NCBI GenBank assembly: GCA_048938025.1
Contig: JBHLMP010000001.1
Coordinates: forward strand, 74,366 to 138,365
Reading direction: 5' to 3'
DNA: 64,000 nucleotides
Source of the DNA: Promethearchaeota archaeon
Lineage (GTDB): Archaea; Asgardarchaeota; Lokiarchaeia; Sigyniarchaeales; SOKP01
Under the pieces are notes generated by a model. That model did no database searches. It had not been told where the DNA came from and saw only the letters and a program-made list of their open reading frames with translations. Of this stretch, positions 27,676 through 38,751 are shown in pieces (within the stretch, counting starts at the first letter, position 1; every line of letters begins with the position of its first letter). The position numbers were made by a program, and so were the translations under genes.

Positions 27676-29004
27676 CTAGACAGAAACGGTTAGACCTGAA
27701 AAAACCAAATATGGAAACAAGGAATTTGATGAAAACTCACGTTTTTTTGAGATATATTGACAATTCTTAATCATTTCCAAAACATTTCCACTGACATTTC
27801 CAAGTTTTATTGGATTTTTGAATTCACCATTTTTTATATAATACCCATTTCTTATTTCCGCGCCGAAAAATCCTGATAAAAATTCAGGATTTAACCACGA
27901 AAATTTTCCTATATAATAACCATCTTTTATGTCTGAAATAATATCATCTAAAGATATATTTCCCGGCATAATTTGGAAATTACTGATCCCATTATTAACT
28001 GAACCAGTTATATTTCTTATCCCATTTCCGGTGGGCTCTTTTTTATTCAACATAGCATATTTTTGATCATACAACCGTTTTTGGAATACACCTTTTTTTA
28101 TCACTTCTGTTTTTTGATGCGGATTTCCTTCCCCATCCCAGGGATTAGAATTCAATCCCCCTTCGAGTAATCCATCATCGATAATAGTGATTTCATCAGA
28201 AGCTACTCTATCATTTATACTATAAGCAGAAATCTTCTCACTTAGCGCTTGTCCTAAGACATGAAATCCAATTACAGGAATAATTGCTTCTCTTAAGACA
28301 TGTGGTGGGAATATCACAATTGCTTCTTTACTTGGTTTGGGTGGCTCTGCTATTAAAGTATCTTTTGCTATTTTAGCCCAATTCTCTACTCTTTTCTTAA
28401 AATCTAAATGCTCTTTTTCTTTGAAGTATTCACTAGTCCAATATTCAGATAGTTTCCCGGTTCCCTGTGCCTTTAAGGAATGTTCTAAATAAAAAAATGT
28501 TTTTATAGAATCAAGATTTACTCCGTTACTATTTCTTAAGAAATTATTATTAATGTGTACTCTTAATCGACCAAAAGTTGGAAGCACATCCTTTTGGTCT
28601 CCAACTACACTCATTAATTCTTCACAAAAATCATTCTTGATTCCAATTGGATCTTTTAATATAGCTTTATCAGCTATACCAACACTCGATATTGGTTTTT
28701 CTTCTGGAAAATGATATATTGAAGAGATATTATTTTTAGAAAGTAAATAGCATGTATCAACATTTTTTGTTAATTCTTTTGAGTCCAGGGAATTTCCTTT
28801 AACAATCCCTACTCCCGTCTGATCTCCTTTTTGAGTAAGGATTCGTATAAAATACTCAAAATCTTGAACTTCCCTGTTGGTTTCTGGCTTATTTTTTAAA
28901 AAAATCGTTTCATAGATCTTTTTATCAATAAAATAGATTTCATATTCGCCAATCTTTTTTGCTTTAAGGTTTTTTTCAATCAAGTCAATTTTTTCTTTTG
29001 TCAT
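27676..29004 (-). CDS. pmbA: TldE/PmbA family protein
   Basis: ITIIDDG, PWDGEG, TGNG and IKNGE motifs; no HExxxH; adjacent to tldD. Confidence 0.85.
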   Translation of the reverse strand: MTKEKIDLIEKNLKAKKIGEYEIYFIDKKIYETIFLKNKPETNREVQDFEYFIRILTQKGDQTGVGIVKGNSLDSKELTKNVDTCYLLSKNNISSIYHFPEEKPISSVGIADKAILKDPIGIKNDFCEELMSVVGDQKDVLPTFGRLRVHINNNFLRNSNGVNLDSIKTFFYLEHSLKAQGTGKLSEYWTSEYFKEKEHLDFKKRVENWAKIAKDTLIAEPPKPSKEAIVIFPPHVLREAIIPVIGFHVLGQALSEKISAYSINDRVASDEITIIDDGLLEGGLNSNPWDGEGNPHQKTEVIKKGVFQKRLYDQKYAMLNKKEPTGNGIRNITGSVNNGISNFQIMPGNISLDDIISDIKDGYYIGKFSWLNPEFLSGFFGAEIRNGYYIKNGEFKNPIKLGNVSGNVLEMIKNCQYISKKREFSSNSLFPYLVFSGLTVSV

Positions 29005-29013
29005 CTTTAATAT

Positions 29014-30396
29014 TCACCCTGGACTAATTAATGCTTCTTTAATTCGAACGTATGTACCTCCACTCCCTACTGGAACGTGGTCTTCATCGCCTTTACCGCA
29101 GGTCCCACCATCAAATTTTATAATTCCCTTACTAATAGCATCAATCTTAGGTAATGTTTCTAATACAGAGCCACTTAATGCAATTGCTTTTAATAATTTG
29201 GTCTTTTCTCCGTTTTCAATTAAATAGCCCGTCTTAGACGTATTTTGCATTGCTCCGCCAAGGGGATCCTCCATTCCGAATGATCCATGAACCAGCATCA
29301 CTCCATACTTTACTTCTTTAATCATTTCATCAAGCGAATAATCCCCTGGTTCAAAATAGGTATTTGTCATCCTTGGATGAACTGGATGAGCAAAACTTTC
29401 TCTCCTTCCATTTCCTTTTGGAATAGCATTTAATGCAGAAGCAGTGCGTCTATCATATATAAAATTTTTCAATATTCCATTTTCCACCAAAATGTTTTTT
29501 CCTGCTTTAATCCCCTCATCATCAAAGAAATATGACCCAACAGGACCTTCAATTGTTGGTGAATCACAGATTGTGCAAATGCTAGATGCTACTTTGCTGA
29601 AAAGTTTTTCTTTTAAATAACTCCTTTCGCGCATAACTTGATCTGCTTCAAGACCATGTCCAAAGCTTTCATGTGCTACCATTCCTGCCATGGTGGGATC
29701 TAAAATGACAGCATATTTTCCCGAAGGAGCTAATTCTGCTTTTAGCATTTCTAAAGACTTTTGACATATTTCATCTAACTTATTATCATCAATCTTGTCA
29801 AAAATTTCAAAGCCTATTTCACCAGAATCCACATAATAATCATAATCTGCAACAAGACCTTCTTTCGCAATAGGAACAATATAAAGCTTAGTCCTTGGAA
29901 TTACTTGTCTTAATTGACATCCTTCATTGTTAAAAAAAATCCGTTCCGTAAAATGTTCCATGTATTGAATTTGTGAATTAATTATACGTTCATCAAATTT
30001 CATAACATAGTCATAGATATATCTAATTTTCTGGATTTTCTCATCAATAAGAACTCCAAGTGGATTGATTTTCGGTTTGATTTCTTTATTTAGTTTCCAT
30101 CCTTCATATTCTTCAAGATTTTTACCCATATTTGTAACTTTGGGTAATTTGGCATCAATTTTTTTAATATCTAAAAAATCAGTTATAGTTGTTTCTTTCC
30201 ATGTTCCTGTAAATGTTCTTGCCACTACACCCGATTTTTTTGCATTAACTACAATATTTTCTGATGTACGTGTTTTTGTAATTAAAACTGATGATATGGA
30301 ATCATAGAGTATGTCGAAATATTGGTTATTTCTTTTGTAATTATTTGACACTTCTTCAAAAATAGAGAATATCTCTTCAAATGATTTCTCACTCAT
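29014..30396 (-). CDS. tldD: TldD family metalloprotease
   Basis: HESFGHGLEAD, FFDDEG, GNGRRES, RMTNT and GTCGK motifs; start taken at ATG 30396. Confidence 0.9.
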   Translation of the reverse strand: MSEKSFEEIFSIFEEVSNNYKRNNQYFDILYDSISSVLITKTRTSENIVVNAKKSGVVARTFTGTWKETTITDFLDIKKIDAKLPKVTNMGKNLEEYEGWKLNKEIKPKINPLGVLIDEKIQKIRYIYDYVMKFDERIINSQIQYMEHFTERIFFNNEGCQLRQVIPRTKLYIVPIAKEGLVADYDYYVDSGEIGFEIFDKIDDNKLDEICQKSLEMLKAELAPSGKYAVILDPTMAGMVAHESFGHGLEADQVMRERSYLKEKLFSKVASSICTICDSPTIEGPVGSYFFDDEGIKAGKNILVENGILKNFIYDRRTASALNAIPKGNGRRESFAHPVHPRMTNTYFEPGDYSLDEMIKEVKYGVMLVHGSFGMEDPLGGAMQNTSKTGYLIENGEKTKLLKAIALSGSVLETLPKIDAISKGIIKFDGGTCGKGDEDHVPVGSGGTYVRIKEALISPG

Positions 30397-30480
30397 ATTT
30401 AACCAATTTAGCAAAGAAATTAATTATTTAATTTGGTTACAATTATGATATGTTTAAAACCTTCTTATTTTACTTGGAAC

Positions 30481-31926
30481 TCATTTAATATCTAGAATCC
30501 TTTTCACAAGATCTTTCTTTTCTTCCAGATTGGCTTGACGCGAAATCATAATTCTTTGTGTCATGGGGCTACCTGCACCATGCATAGATTCTGTCCGATA
30601 GCTTACCGATGCAACGCCCATCGTCAAGTTTTCAATGAAACGCAATACTTTGTATCGATCATCTGGACCTATCCCTTCACATGTGGAGAGATATTTGCTT
30701 ATTAAGGGTCCAATTTCTTCAGATTTGAAGTCTGCCTCTGAAGGTAGGGTACAAATAATACCTCCAGCAATATCTTCAGCCAATCGTCCAATTTCATATG
30801 GAAAACGAGTTACATTTTGTTTACATACATTTGCTAATAGCATATCCATTTCATAATTTCCTGCCTCTCTTTGGAATCCTAAGGAACTACATGCTATTCC
30901 ACAACTGTAAAGTGTTTCATTTAGATGTACCATCTCAACTAACTTATCTCGAATATGAGATGCTCTATCTGTCCCATTATATTCTGATATTAGGGCTGAT
31001 GCTCCAATTAACACATCTCCAACTCCAACTTTGCAACCTCCATATGATTGGCGATGGAATCCGGCAAAACGGTTAACTAGATCCCCTGAAAACTCGATTT
31101 CCCCTTTCATAAAGATATTCTTATTAGGTATAAAGACATTATCAAAAATTACAAAAATCTCTTGTCCTCCAAATTTATAATTTCCTATATCTAATTTCCC
31201 TATTTCCATTTTACGAGTATCACATGATTGTCTTCCATAAACTAATGTTATTCCTTTTTCATTAGTATCAACTCCAAAACTTATTGCATAATCCTCCTCA
31301 CCAGGACGTAATGTAAGAGTAGGCATAATAATAGCTTTATGTGAATTTAAAAAACCTGTTTGATGTACTTTTGCTCCACGAACGACAATTCCATCATCAC
31401 TTTCATCTACTATATGTAAGTAGGCATCCGGGTCAGGTTGTTGAGAAGGGCGTTTACTACGATCTCCCTTTGTGTCAGTCATAGCACCATCAACCATTAA
31501 ATCTTGGTTCTGAACATCAATCCAATACTTTTTAAATCTTTCATGATAATTAGTACTATTTTTCTCATCTATCTCATAAGTAACACTATATAAGGCATTT
31601 GCGGTATCAAATCCCACACATCGTTGAAAGCAACAGGCAGTCTGTTGCCCTAACAATCGTTGCATCTTAACTTTTTTGATTAAATCATCTACAGATTGAT
31701 GAATATGAGTAAAACGATTGATAATTTCACCAGTCAAATGTGAAGTTGCTGTCATAATATCTTTATATTCCTCATTTTGAGCCAGTTCATAAATTTTCAT
31801 AACTGTATTAATTGAAGGTTGGATAATCGGATGATTCCAAAATTCCTTTATTTTTTCTCCAAACATATATAAATTTACTGGTCTTTTTATGCTTTCCAAA
31901 TATTCTTCTGGTGTTTTTAATGTCAC
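30481..31926 (-). CDS. abfD: 4-hydroxybutyryl-CoA dehydratase / vinylacetyl-CoA isomerase
   Basis: CFQRCVGFD, GAMTDTKGDRS, RGAKVHQT, HRQSYGGCKVG and ESMHGAGSP, with the Fe-S ligands intact. Confidence 0.9.
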   Translation of the reverse strand: MTLKTPEEYLESIKRPVNLYMFGEKIKEFWNHPIIQPSINTVMKIYELAQNEEYKDIMTATSHLTGEIINRFTHIHQSVDDLIKKVKMQRLLGQQTACCFQRCVGFDTANALYSVTYEIDEKNSTNYHERFKKYWIDVQNQDLMVDGAMTDTKGDRSKRPSQQPDPDAYLHIVDESDDGIVVRGAKVHQTGFLNSHKAIIMPTLTLRPGEEDYAISFGVDTNEKGITLVYGRQSCDTRKMEIGKLDIGNYKFGGQEIFVIFDNVFIPNKNIFMKGEIEFSGDLVNRFAGFHRQSYGGCKVGVGDVLIGASALISEYNGTDRASHIRDKLVEMVHLNETLYSCGIACSSLGFQREAGNYEMDMLLANVCKQNVTRFPYEIGRLAEDIAGGIICTLPSEADFKSEEIGPLISKYLSTCEGIGPDDRYKVLRFIENLTMGVASVSYRTESMHGAGSPMTQRIMISRQANLEEKKDLVKRILDIK

Positions 31927-32064
31927 TTTTCTTTTTCACCAATTTAAAAAAATTTATCCTAATTTTACTTAAGATGTCAATATTAATTAAAGGTAATCTT
32001 AATAAATTTAAGGCTAAGATTAAAAAATACAATGATTAATTAAGAAATTATGCATCAAAATAGA

Positions 32065-33012
32065 TTATTTTTCTTGAACAGTTTTTTTATTAATGAACTC
32101 GTTATTATCTGAATTTTCTTTAACAACATTTGATTTTTTTTCAATAACACTTAATCTTTTTTCTAAAATTGTCATTGTTTCAATGATATTATCAATTTTT
32201 TTGTTAATATTTTTCATGTGATTTTGGATTTCTCCTAATTGATTTAGTGTAAATTTCATCAATTCAGGTTCTTTTACGGGTTCAATCAACCATTTTAAAA
32301 TGTTAGTTATTAATAACTGATTATCTAGTTGACTTAAACCAATATTAGAATCGTTTGTGAATATATCTATGTCTCCCAGTGCGATTACTCTACCTTGACC
32401 ATATTCATTATATGCTCCTATAATTTGTTCTTCTTCTTCCTCTCTAATCCATTCCTCATTAGAACTATTGTATTTCTCTGACCATACATTTGTTTTATTT
32501 GTTAATAATAAGGGCTTAGCGTCTTTAGTTAATAATAAAGAACACGTTCCTCCAATTAAGACTTCCCTTAATCCATTTGCTATCTGTTTATTATTAAATC
32601 TTTGAATATGTATTATACTTGTACAATTCTGGTTTGCACTATTTAATTCTTTTACTAAATTCTTCTGAAAATATATTCCAAAATATGTTCCAGATATATC
32701 ATTGAGATTTGTTTTTTGTAGATAATCTGCTCCATATTCACTCAAAATTAGTAAATTACCTCCCATTCTAACAAAATCAACAATAGTTTTTATTTCAATA
32801 TTAGAAAAATAATCATCTATAGGAGTTCCTATAATTAGGATGTCTATATCTTGTAATAATTCCTGAGATAAATCTCTATTCTCATTTTTCTTCGTATTAA
32901 TATTCAATCTCTGTAGAAGTGTAAAAAATTCAGAAAATTCCTCCTCTTCGATATGTAACATCTCGTTATGACTCAAATCGAAAAGTATATTTGTTTTTTT
33001 CAAAAAAGGCAT
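32065..33012 (-). CDS. DUF4350 / GATase1-like (GldG/IFT52 GIFT-like) domain protein with C-terminal coiled coil
   Basis: ILFDLSHNE, DILIIGTP, FVRMGGNLLIL and GRVIALGDIDIF motifs; no signal peptide. Confidence 0.65.
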   Translation of the reverse strand: MPFLKKTNILFDLSHNEMLHIEEEEFSEFFTLLQRLNINTKKNENRDLSQELLQDIDILIIGTPIDDYFSNIEIKTIVDFVRMGGNLLILSEYGADYLQKTNLNDISGTYFGIYFQKNLVKELNSANQNCTSIIHIQRFNNKQIANGLREVLIGGTCSLLLTKDAKPLLLTNKTNVWSEKYNSSNEEWIREEEEEQIIGAYNEYGQGRVIALGDIDIFTNDSNIGLSQLDNQLLITNILKWLIEPVKEPELMKFTLNQLGEIQNHMKNINKKIDNIIETMTILEKRLSVIEKKSNVVKENSDNNEFINKKTVQEK

Positions 33013-33193
33013 CTTTAATAATACTAATTTTGTTAAAACAAGTCTAAAATCTTAAAGAAAATTCATATATAAAAATTATTACATATAAAGCTACTAACTA
33101 AAAACTTTTTAAATCTTAATGAATAATGATTTTTGGAACATATAACTGATTTAATAAATCTTTACCAAAAACGTAATTGATAATTTAGAATAA

Positions 33194-34537
<1,344 letters not shown>

Positions 34538-34542
34538 TGATT

Positions 34543-35031
34543 TCATTTATTTAAAATCTTTTCCAATTCAATTTCATCTCGTATTTCTATATCATACAAT
34601 CCTTTTAATGGAATCTCTGGTTTTAATTTTCTTGATTTTTTTATAACATTAACATGAATGGCTTTTATTTTAAAACCTTTTATTTGATAGAATCTTAGTG
34701 CATCTACATTATCATTGGTTGTAATAACCAATACTCTCTTACAATCATTTAAAATTGCATAATTCTCAAGTTCTTTTAATAGAGCAGTTCCAATTCCAAT
34801 ATTTTCTATTAGACTATTTAAAGTAATTATTTCACATTCATCATTATAAATTCTAAAGGTTATTAGTCCTACCTTTTCATTACCTCTTATGGCTATATAT
34901 CCAGGTAATTTATCAACAAAATGTACATTTCCTCGAGTAACAACCTTAATTGAAGCCCATTCACTAATAATTAATCTCTTTAACCATTCTTTATCACTAA
35001 CGTCCAAAGAACGTATTTTAATATCGAGCAT
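34543..35031 (-). CDS. GNAT family N-acetyltransferase
   Basis: GIGTALL, ITTNDNVDALRFYQ, KPEIP and IRDEIELE motifs. Confidence 0.88.
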   Translation of the reverse strand: MLDIKIRSLDVSDKEWLKRLIISEWASIKVVTRGNVHFVDKLPGYIAIRGNEKVGLITFRIYNDECEIITLNSLIENIGIGTALLKELENYAILNDCKRVLVITTNDNVDALRFYQIKGFKIKAIHVNVIKKSRKLKPEIPLKGLYDIEIRDEIELEKILNK

Positions 35032-35094
35032 TATCAAAAATGGTTTAATTTATTGTTAAATATCATAGTTAGTTATGGATAATAAATTAAAATA

Positions 35095-35655
35095 TCATCT
35101 AAAACAAATTAACCCAAATCTATATAAAAATTTAATTGGGGGCCATTCTAAATTAAAATTCAAATTTCTAACAGATTTTGTCACATCAATCCCTACTGCT
35201 TCCATTGAATACCTTATTTTATTAGGGTAACGACAAGGTTTACCACTATCATAAGTACATCCTAAGTTTTTTATATTATAACATAACCGACAAAAACCAT
35301 CCCATAAAATTAGTTTATCTTCATATTTTTTAGGATAATCTGCAATAAATCGCAATATTTCCTTCTCTAATTCATCTCGCAATAAATTTTTCATATATAG
35401 AGTATTCCTTATACTTTTTTCACTCTTTTTTGGATTTCTAAATTGAATTTCCTTTACATATTTTCCTATATCAAATTTTACATATATAAGAAAGAAACTG
35501 TGGAATTGCGAAATTAACTTTTCTAAATAAGGAGCCTCAGGAGGACATGCCCATGAATGAGCATAATTAGGACATTGGAAATCAGAGTTAACACAATAAG
35601 AACGTACATTTAAATTAAAAATTATATCTCTAAATTCTATCTCTATAAAGGGCAT
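35095..35655 (-). CDS. DUF2284 metal-binding protein
   Basis: CPNYAHSWACPP, CRLC, PCRYP and RYSMEAVGIDV motifs. Confidence 0.85.
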   Translation of the reverse strand: MPFIEIEFRDIIFNLNVRSYCVNSDFQCPNYAHSWACPPEAPYLEKLISQFHSFFLIYVKFDIGKYVKEIQFRNPKKSEKSIRNTLYMKNLLRDELEKEILRFIADYPKKYEDKLILWDGFCRLCYNIKNLGCTYDSGKPCRYPNKIRYSMEAVGIDVTKSVRNLNFNLEWPPIKFLYRFGLICFR

Positions 35656-35855
35656 TGTATTATCTTAAATTATTAAATGAGTAATTATTGCATATTTAAA
35701 ATGCCGAATTGCATTATATTTACTTAAAAACTTCTGGTAATGAAATCTATCGTGTTAGTCATAATTTTTAAAAAACTTTTATGTAATTAAATCTTAGTGA
35801 TTAGTATTATATATCCAGAGAGAAAAAAAAAATATTAATTCTTGATGTGAAAAGG

Positions 35856-36503
35856 ATGAAATTTATAAAAAATAAAAGAACTGAATTACTAAATGTAGCA
35901 AAAGATTTTTATAGCGAAGTTTTGAAGGGTTCGGCCATGCTTCATGAATGTATTAATGATCTTATTGATGGAAAGATAAATAAAAACAAATTAGAAGAAG
36001 TGATACAATGTGAACATAAAGCGGACAAAGCAAAGGAAAATTATATTAATATCCTTTATAAGGAAAAGCGATCTCTTCCATTTTTAATTGAAGATCGTTA
36101 TAGATTGATTAAATATCTTGATGTTGTCTCGGATAACTCAGAAGATCTTGCTCGTAGTTTGAAAGTGTATCCCTTTGAACTCTTTAATGATATAAAAGCA
36201 GATATGAAAATAATTAACGATTTATATAAAGAAACAATTGAATCATTAGTGAAAATGGTAAATCTAATGGAGACAGATTTTAAAACTGCTTATCAGAAAA
36301 GCTTCCATATTGAAACTTTAAAAAGAAGCGCTCGTGAGGCAAAATATAAGATTTTAGGGTTGATGTATCAAAAACCAAAAGAAAAATCTCTACGAGTATA
36401 TTTAACATCTAAAATATGCATAAAAGTATATGATATGATTGTAAGAGCAGAGGAAATTAGTGATTTTCTAAGAAGCTTGATTGTAAAATATCCTAGCAAA
36501 TAA
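35856..36503 (+). CDS. DUF47 / PhoU-like phosphate transport regulator
   Basis: EHKADK, LPFLIEDR, LDVVSD; all-helical; directly upstream of a Pit transporter. Confidence 0.8.
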   Translation: MKFIKNKRTELLNVAKDFYSEVLKGSAMLHECINDLIDGKINKNKLEEVIQCEHKADKAKENYINILYKEKRSLPFLIEDRYRLIKYLDVVSDNSEDLARSLKVYPFELFNDIKADMKIINDLYKETIESLVKMVNLMETDFKTAYQKSFHIETLKRSAREAKYKILGLMYQKPKEKSLRVYLTSKICIKVYDMIVRAEEISDFLRSLIVKYPSK

Positions 36504-36524
36504 TATAATTAAAAGGGGATCTTA

Positions 36525-37481
36525 ATGGCTTTGTCAGGTATTCTAGTAGTTTTTTTAGTCATAGCAATTATAATTGCATTTGGAATAGGTGGGAATGACG
36601 AAAGTTTTGCTGGAATTTATGGGTCAAGAATTCTAAACATGAAACAAATTATGATCTTGGCTACAATATTCGCTATAACAGGAGCTCTTTTACTGGGTAA
36701 AGCTGTAAGTAAAACCGTGGGTAAGGGCATTTTGGTTAATCTTGATGATGCTATCGTCATAACAATTTTAATTTCTACTGCTATTTGGTTGATTTTATCA
36801 TCTGCGTGTGGGTTACCAATCTCCACTACCCATGCAACAATCGGAGCTGTTATAGGTCTTGGAATAGCTCTTAATGCTAGTCTTGACTGGTTTAAAATTC
36901 TTGAATTAAGCATTTGGTGGATATTATCTCCAATTATAGGTTATATTGTTACATTTCTCGTGTTTAAACTTATGCGTGCGTATAAAGTCAAACATTTAAA
37001 TGGATTTCAGAGCTTAGAAAAAACCGAAAAAAGTTTTACATACATAGTTCTAATAGTTATTTGTATCACTGCATTCTCAAGAGCAGGAAATGATTGTTCA
37101 AACGCGGTAGGTATTGTAGTTGGTGTAGGAGATATACAAATTAATCTTCTTCTTTTAATAACCGGTTTAAGTTTAGCGGGAGGACTATTAATTTTAGGTC
37201 GAGTAGTTATCAAAAGTGTTGGAAGAATCACAGAGCTATATCCAAGTACCGCTTTTGCCGCACAAATTCCTACAGCAGCCATCTTATTTGTTGGTACTGC
37301 ATTAGGAGTTCCTTTATCGGGTTCCCATATGTTAGTGGCATCTCTAGTTGGTTTATCTAAAGCAAGTCATACTCCTACTAAGAAAGGATTATGGAAAATA
37401 ATATTGATATGGTTAGTAACCTTTCCAGCAGCTGCAATACTTTCTATAATAATATATTTTCCAGTGAATTCATTTTTCTAA
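36525..37481 (+). CDS. PiT family inorganic phosphate transporter
   Basis: GGND and AGND signature repeats, GLPISTTH and GVPLSGSH. Confidence 0.9.
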   Translation: MALSGILVVFLVIAIIIAFGIGGNDESFAGIYGSRILNMKQIMILATIFAITGALLLGKAVSKTVGKGILVNLDDAIVITILISTAIWLILSSACGLPISTTHATIGAVIGLGIALNASLDWFKILELSIWWILSPIIGYIVTFLVFKLMRAYKVKHLNGFQSLEKTEKSFTYIVLIVICITAFSRAGNDCSNAVGIVVGVGDIQINLLLLITGLSLAGGLLILGRVVIKSVGRITELYPSTAFAAQIPTAAILFVGTALGVPLSGSHMLVASLVGLSKASHTPTKKGLWKIILIWLVTFPAAAILSIIIYFPVNSFF

Positions 37482-37562
37482 TATTAATCTCTTCCTTTTT
37501 CTTTGCACAATTGGTAAATACCATATCTTGATCTACAGCAAAACCTTCTTAATTCTAATTAT

Positions 37563-38486
37563 TTAACTTGAATATTTGAAAATTATTAAATTTGCTAAAA
37601 GTATTAACCCTCCTCCAATGACAGTAAAAATTGATAAATTTTTTAAAAAAATAGCAGTATTTATTGTTGCCATAACCGGTTCAAAATAACTCAAAATAAC
37701 TATATTACCTCCTGTATCATTTTTTAAACCTACATTGTATAATGTAAATGCTAATGCTGTAGGAAAAAATCCAAGAATTAAACTAAAAATTATGTCTATT
37801 AATGATAATCTCAGAATTTCAGATCCTCCTATCGGTAGAAACATAAGTATAAGAAAAATCGTCGACCACCATGAAAGAAATATATCAAAATTACCTTCAG
37901 ATTTAAGATTGCGTTGATTTTGAATCCTTTCATTATATATTTTCTTTTTAGAAAATACTAAAATTGACAATGCTAATCCTGAAAAAACTCCAATTAAGAT
38001 TCCAGGAGTAAATAATTCACCATTCCAAAATTCCATTATGATAGCTACTCCTAGGATTGCTAAAGAGAAGCTTATTAAATTCACCTTTGAAACTTTTTCT
38101 TCTTTTGTAATAATTAACAGTAATAAGAGATATATCCCGCTGGTATATAATAAGAAAGCAGCAATTGAATAACCAGAAATCATAATACTTATAAAATATA
38201 AGAAGATCACTATAGGATTAATTATCCCAATAATGATTAAAAATTTCCAGTGGAATTTAAAAGACTCCTTCAAGAAATCTTTTGAAAAAGATTTCTGAAT
38301 TACCATAAATAAAGTTAAAAATAGAGTACCAAAAATTCCTCTTAATAAGGCAATAGTATAAACTGAATAACCCGATAAAATTGTTACTAATAGCCCCACA
38401 TTCCCCATACAAATACCTGATATAAACATACTTACTTTTGAGACAAGTGGGTTAGTATTTGTTTTCTTAGATTTTATTGAAACCAT
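37563..38486 (-). CDS. EamA/DMT family transporter
   Basis: About ten transmembrane helices, SYFEPV motif. Confidence 0.8.
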   Translation of the reverse strand: MVSIKSKKTNTNPLVSKVSMFISGICMGNVGLLVTILSGYSVYTIALLRGIFGTLFLTLFMVIQKSFSKDFLKESFKFHWKFLIIIGIINPIVIFLYFISIMISGYSIAAFLLYTSGIYLLLLLIITKEEKVSKVNLISFSLAILGVAIIMEFWNGELFTPGILIGVFSGLALSILVFSKKKIYNERIQNQRNLKSEGNFDIFLSWWSTIFLILMFLPIGGSEILRLSLIDIIFSLILGFFPTALAFTLYNVGLKNDTGGNIVILSYFEPVMATINTAIFLKNLSIFTVIGGGLILLANLIIFKYSS

Positions 38487-38751
38487 TTGTTCTAAAAGTC
38501 TAAAACTTTGTTAGTTAAGTTAAGAAGTCATTTAAGTTTAAAGTTAGTATGCTAAATATAACTTAAATATTTACAAAAAAAAAAAGAAAATTGTTATTAA
38601 AATGTTAATGTTTTCAAAAATCAGAAAGATATTATAAAACCTTTAAACATATAAAAAGATTAAAAAGAGAAATAAATGTATATTAATCATATTTAACATG
38701 AATAATAGGGCATAAATAGAAATAAATTCATTTTCTGAGATATTGATGTGA

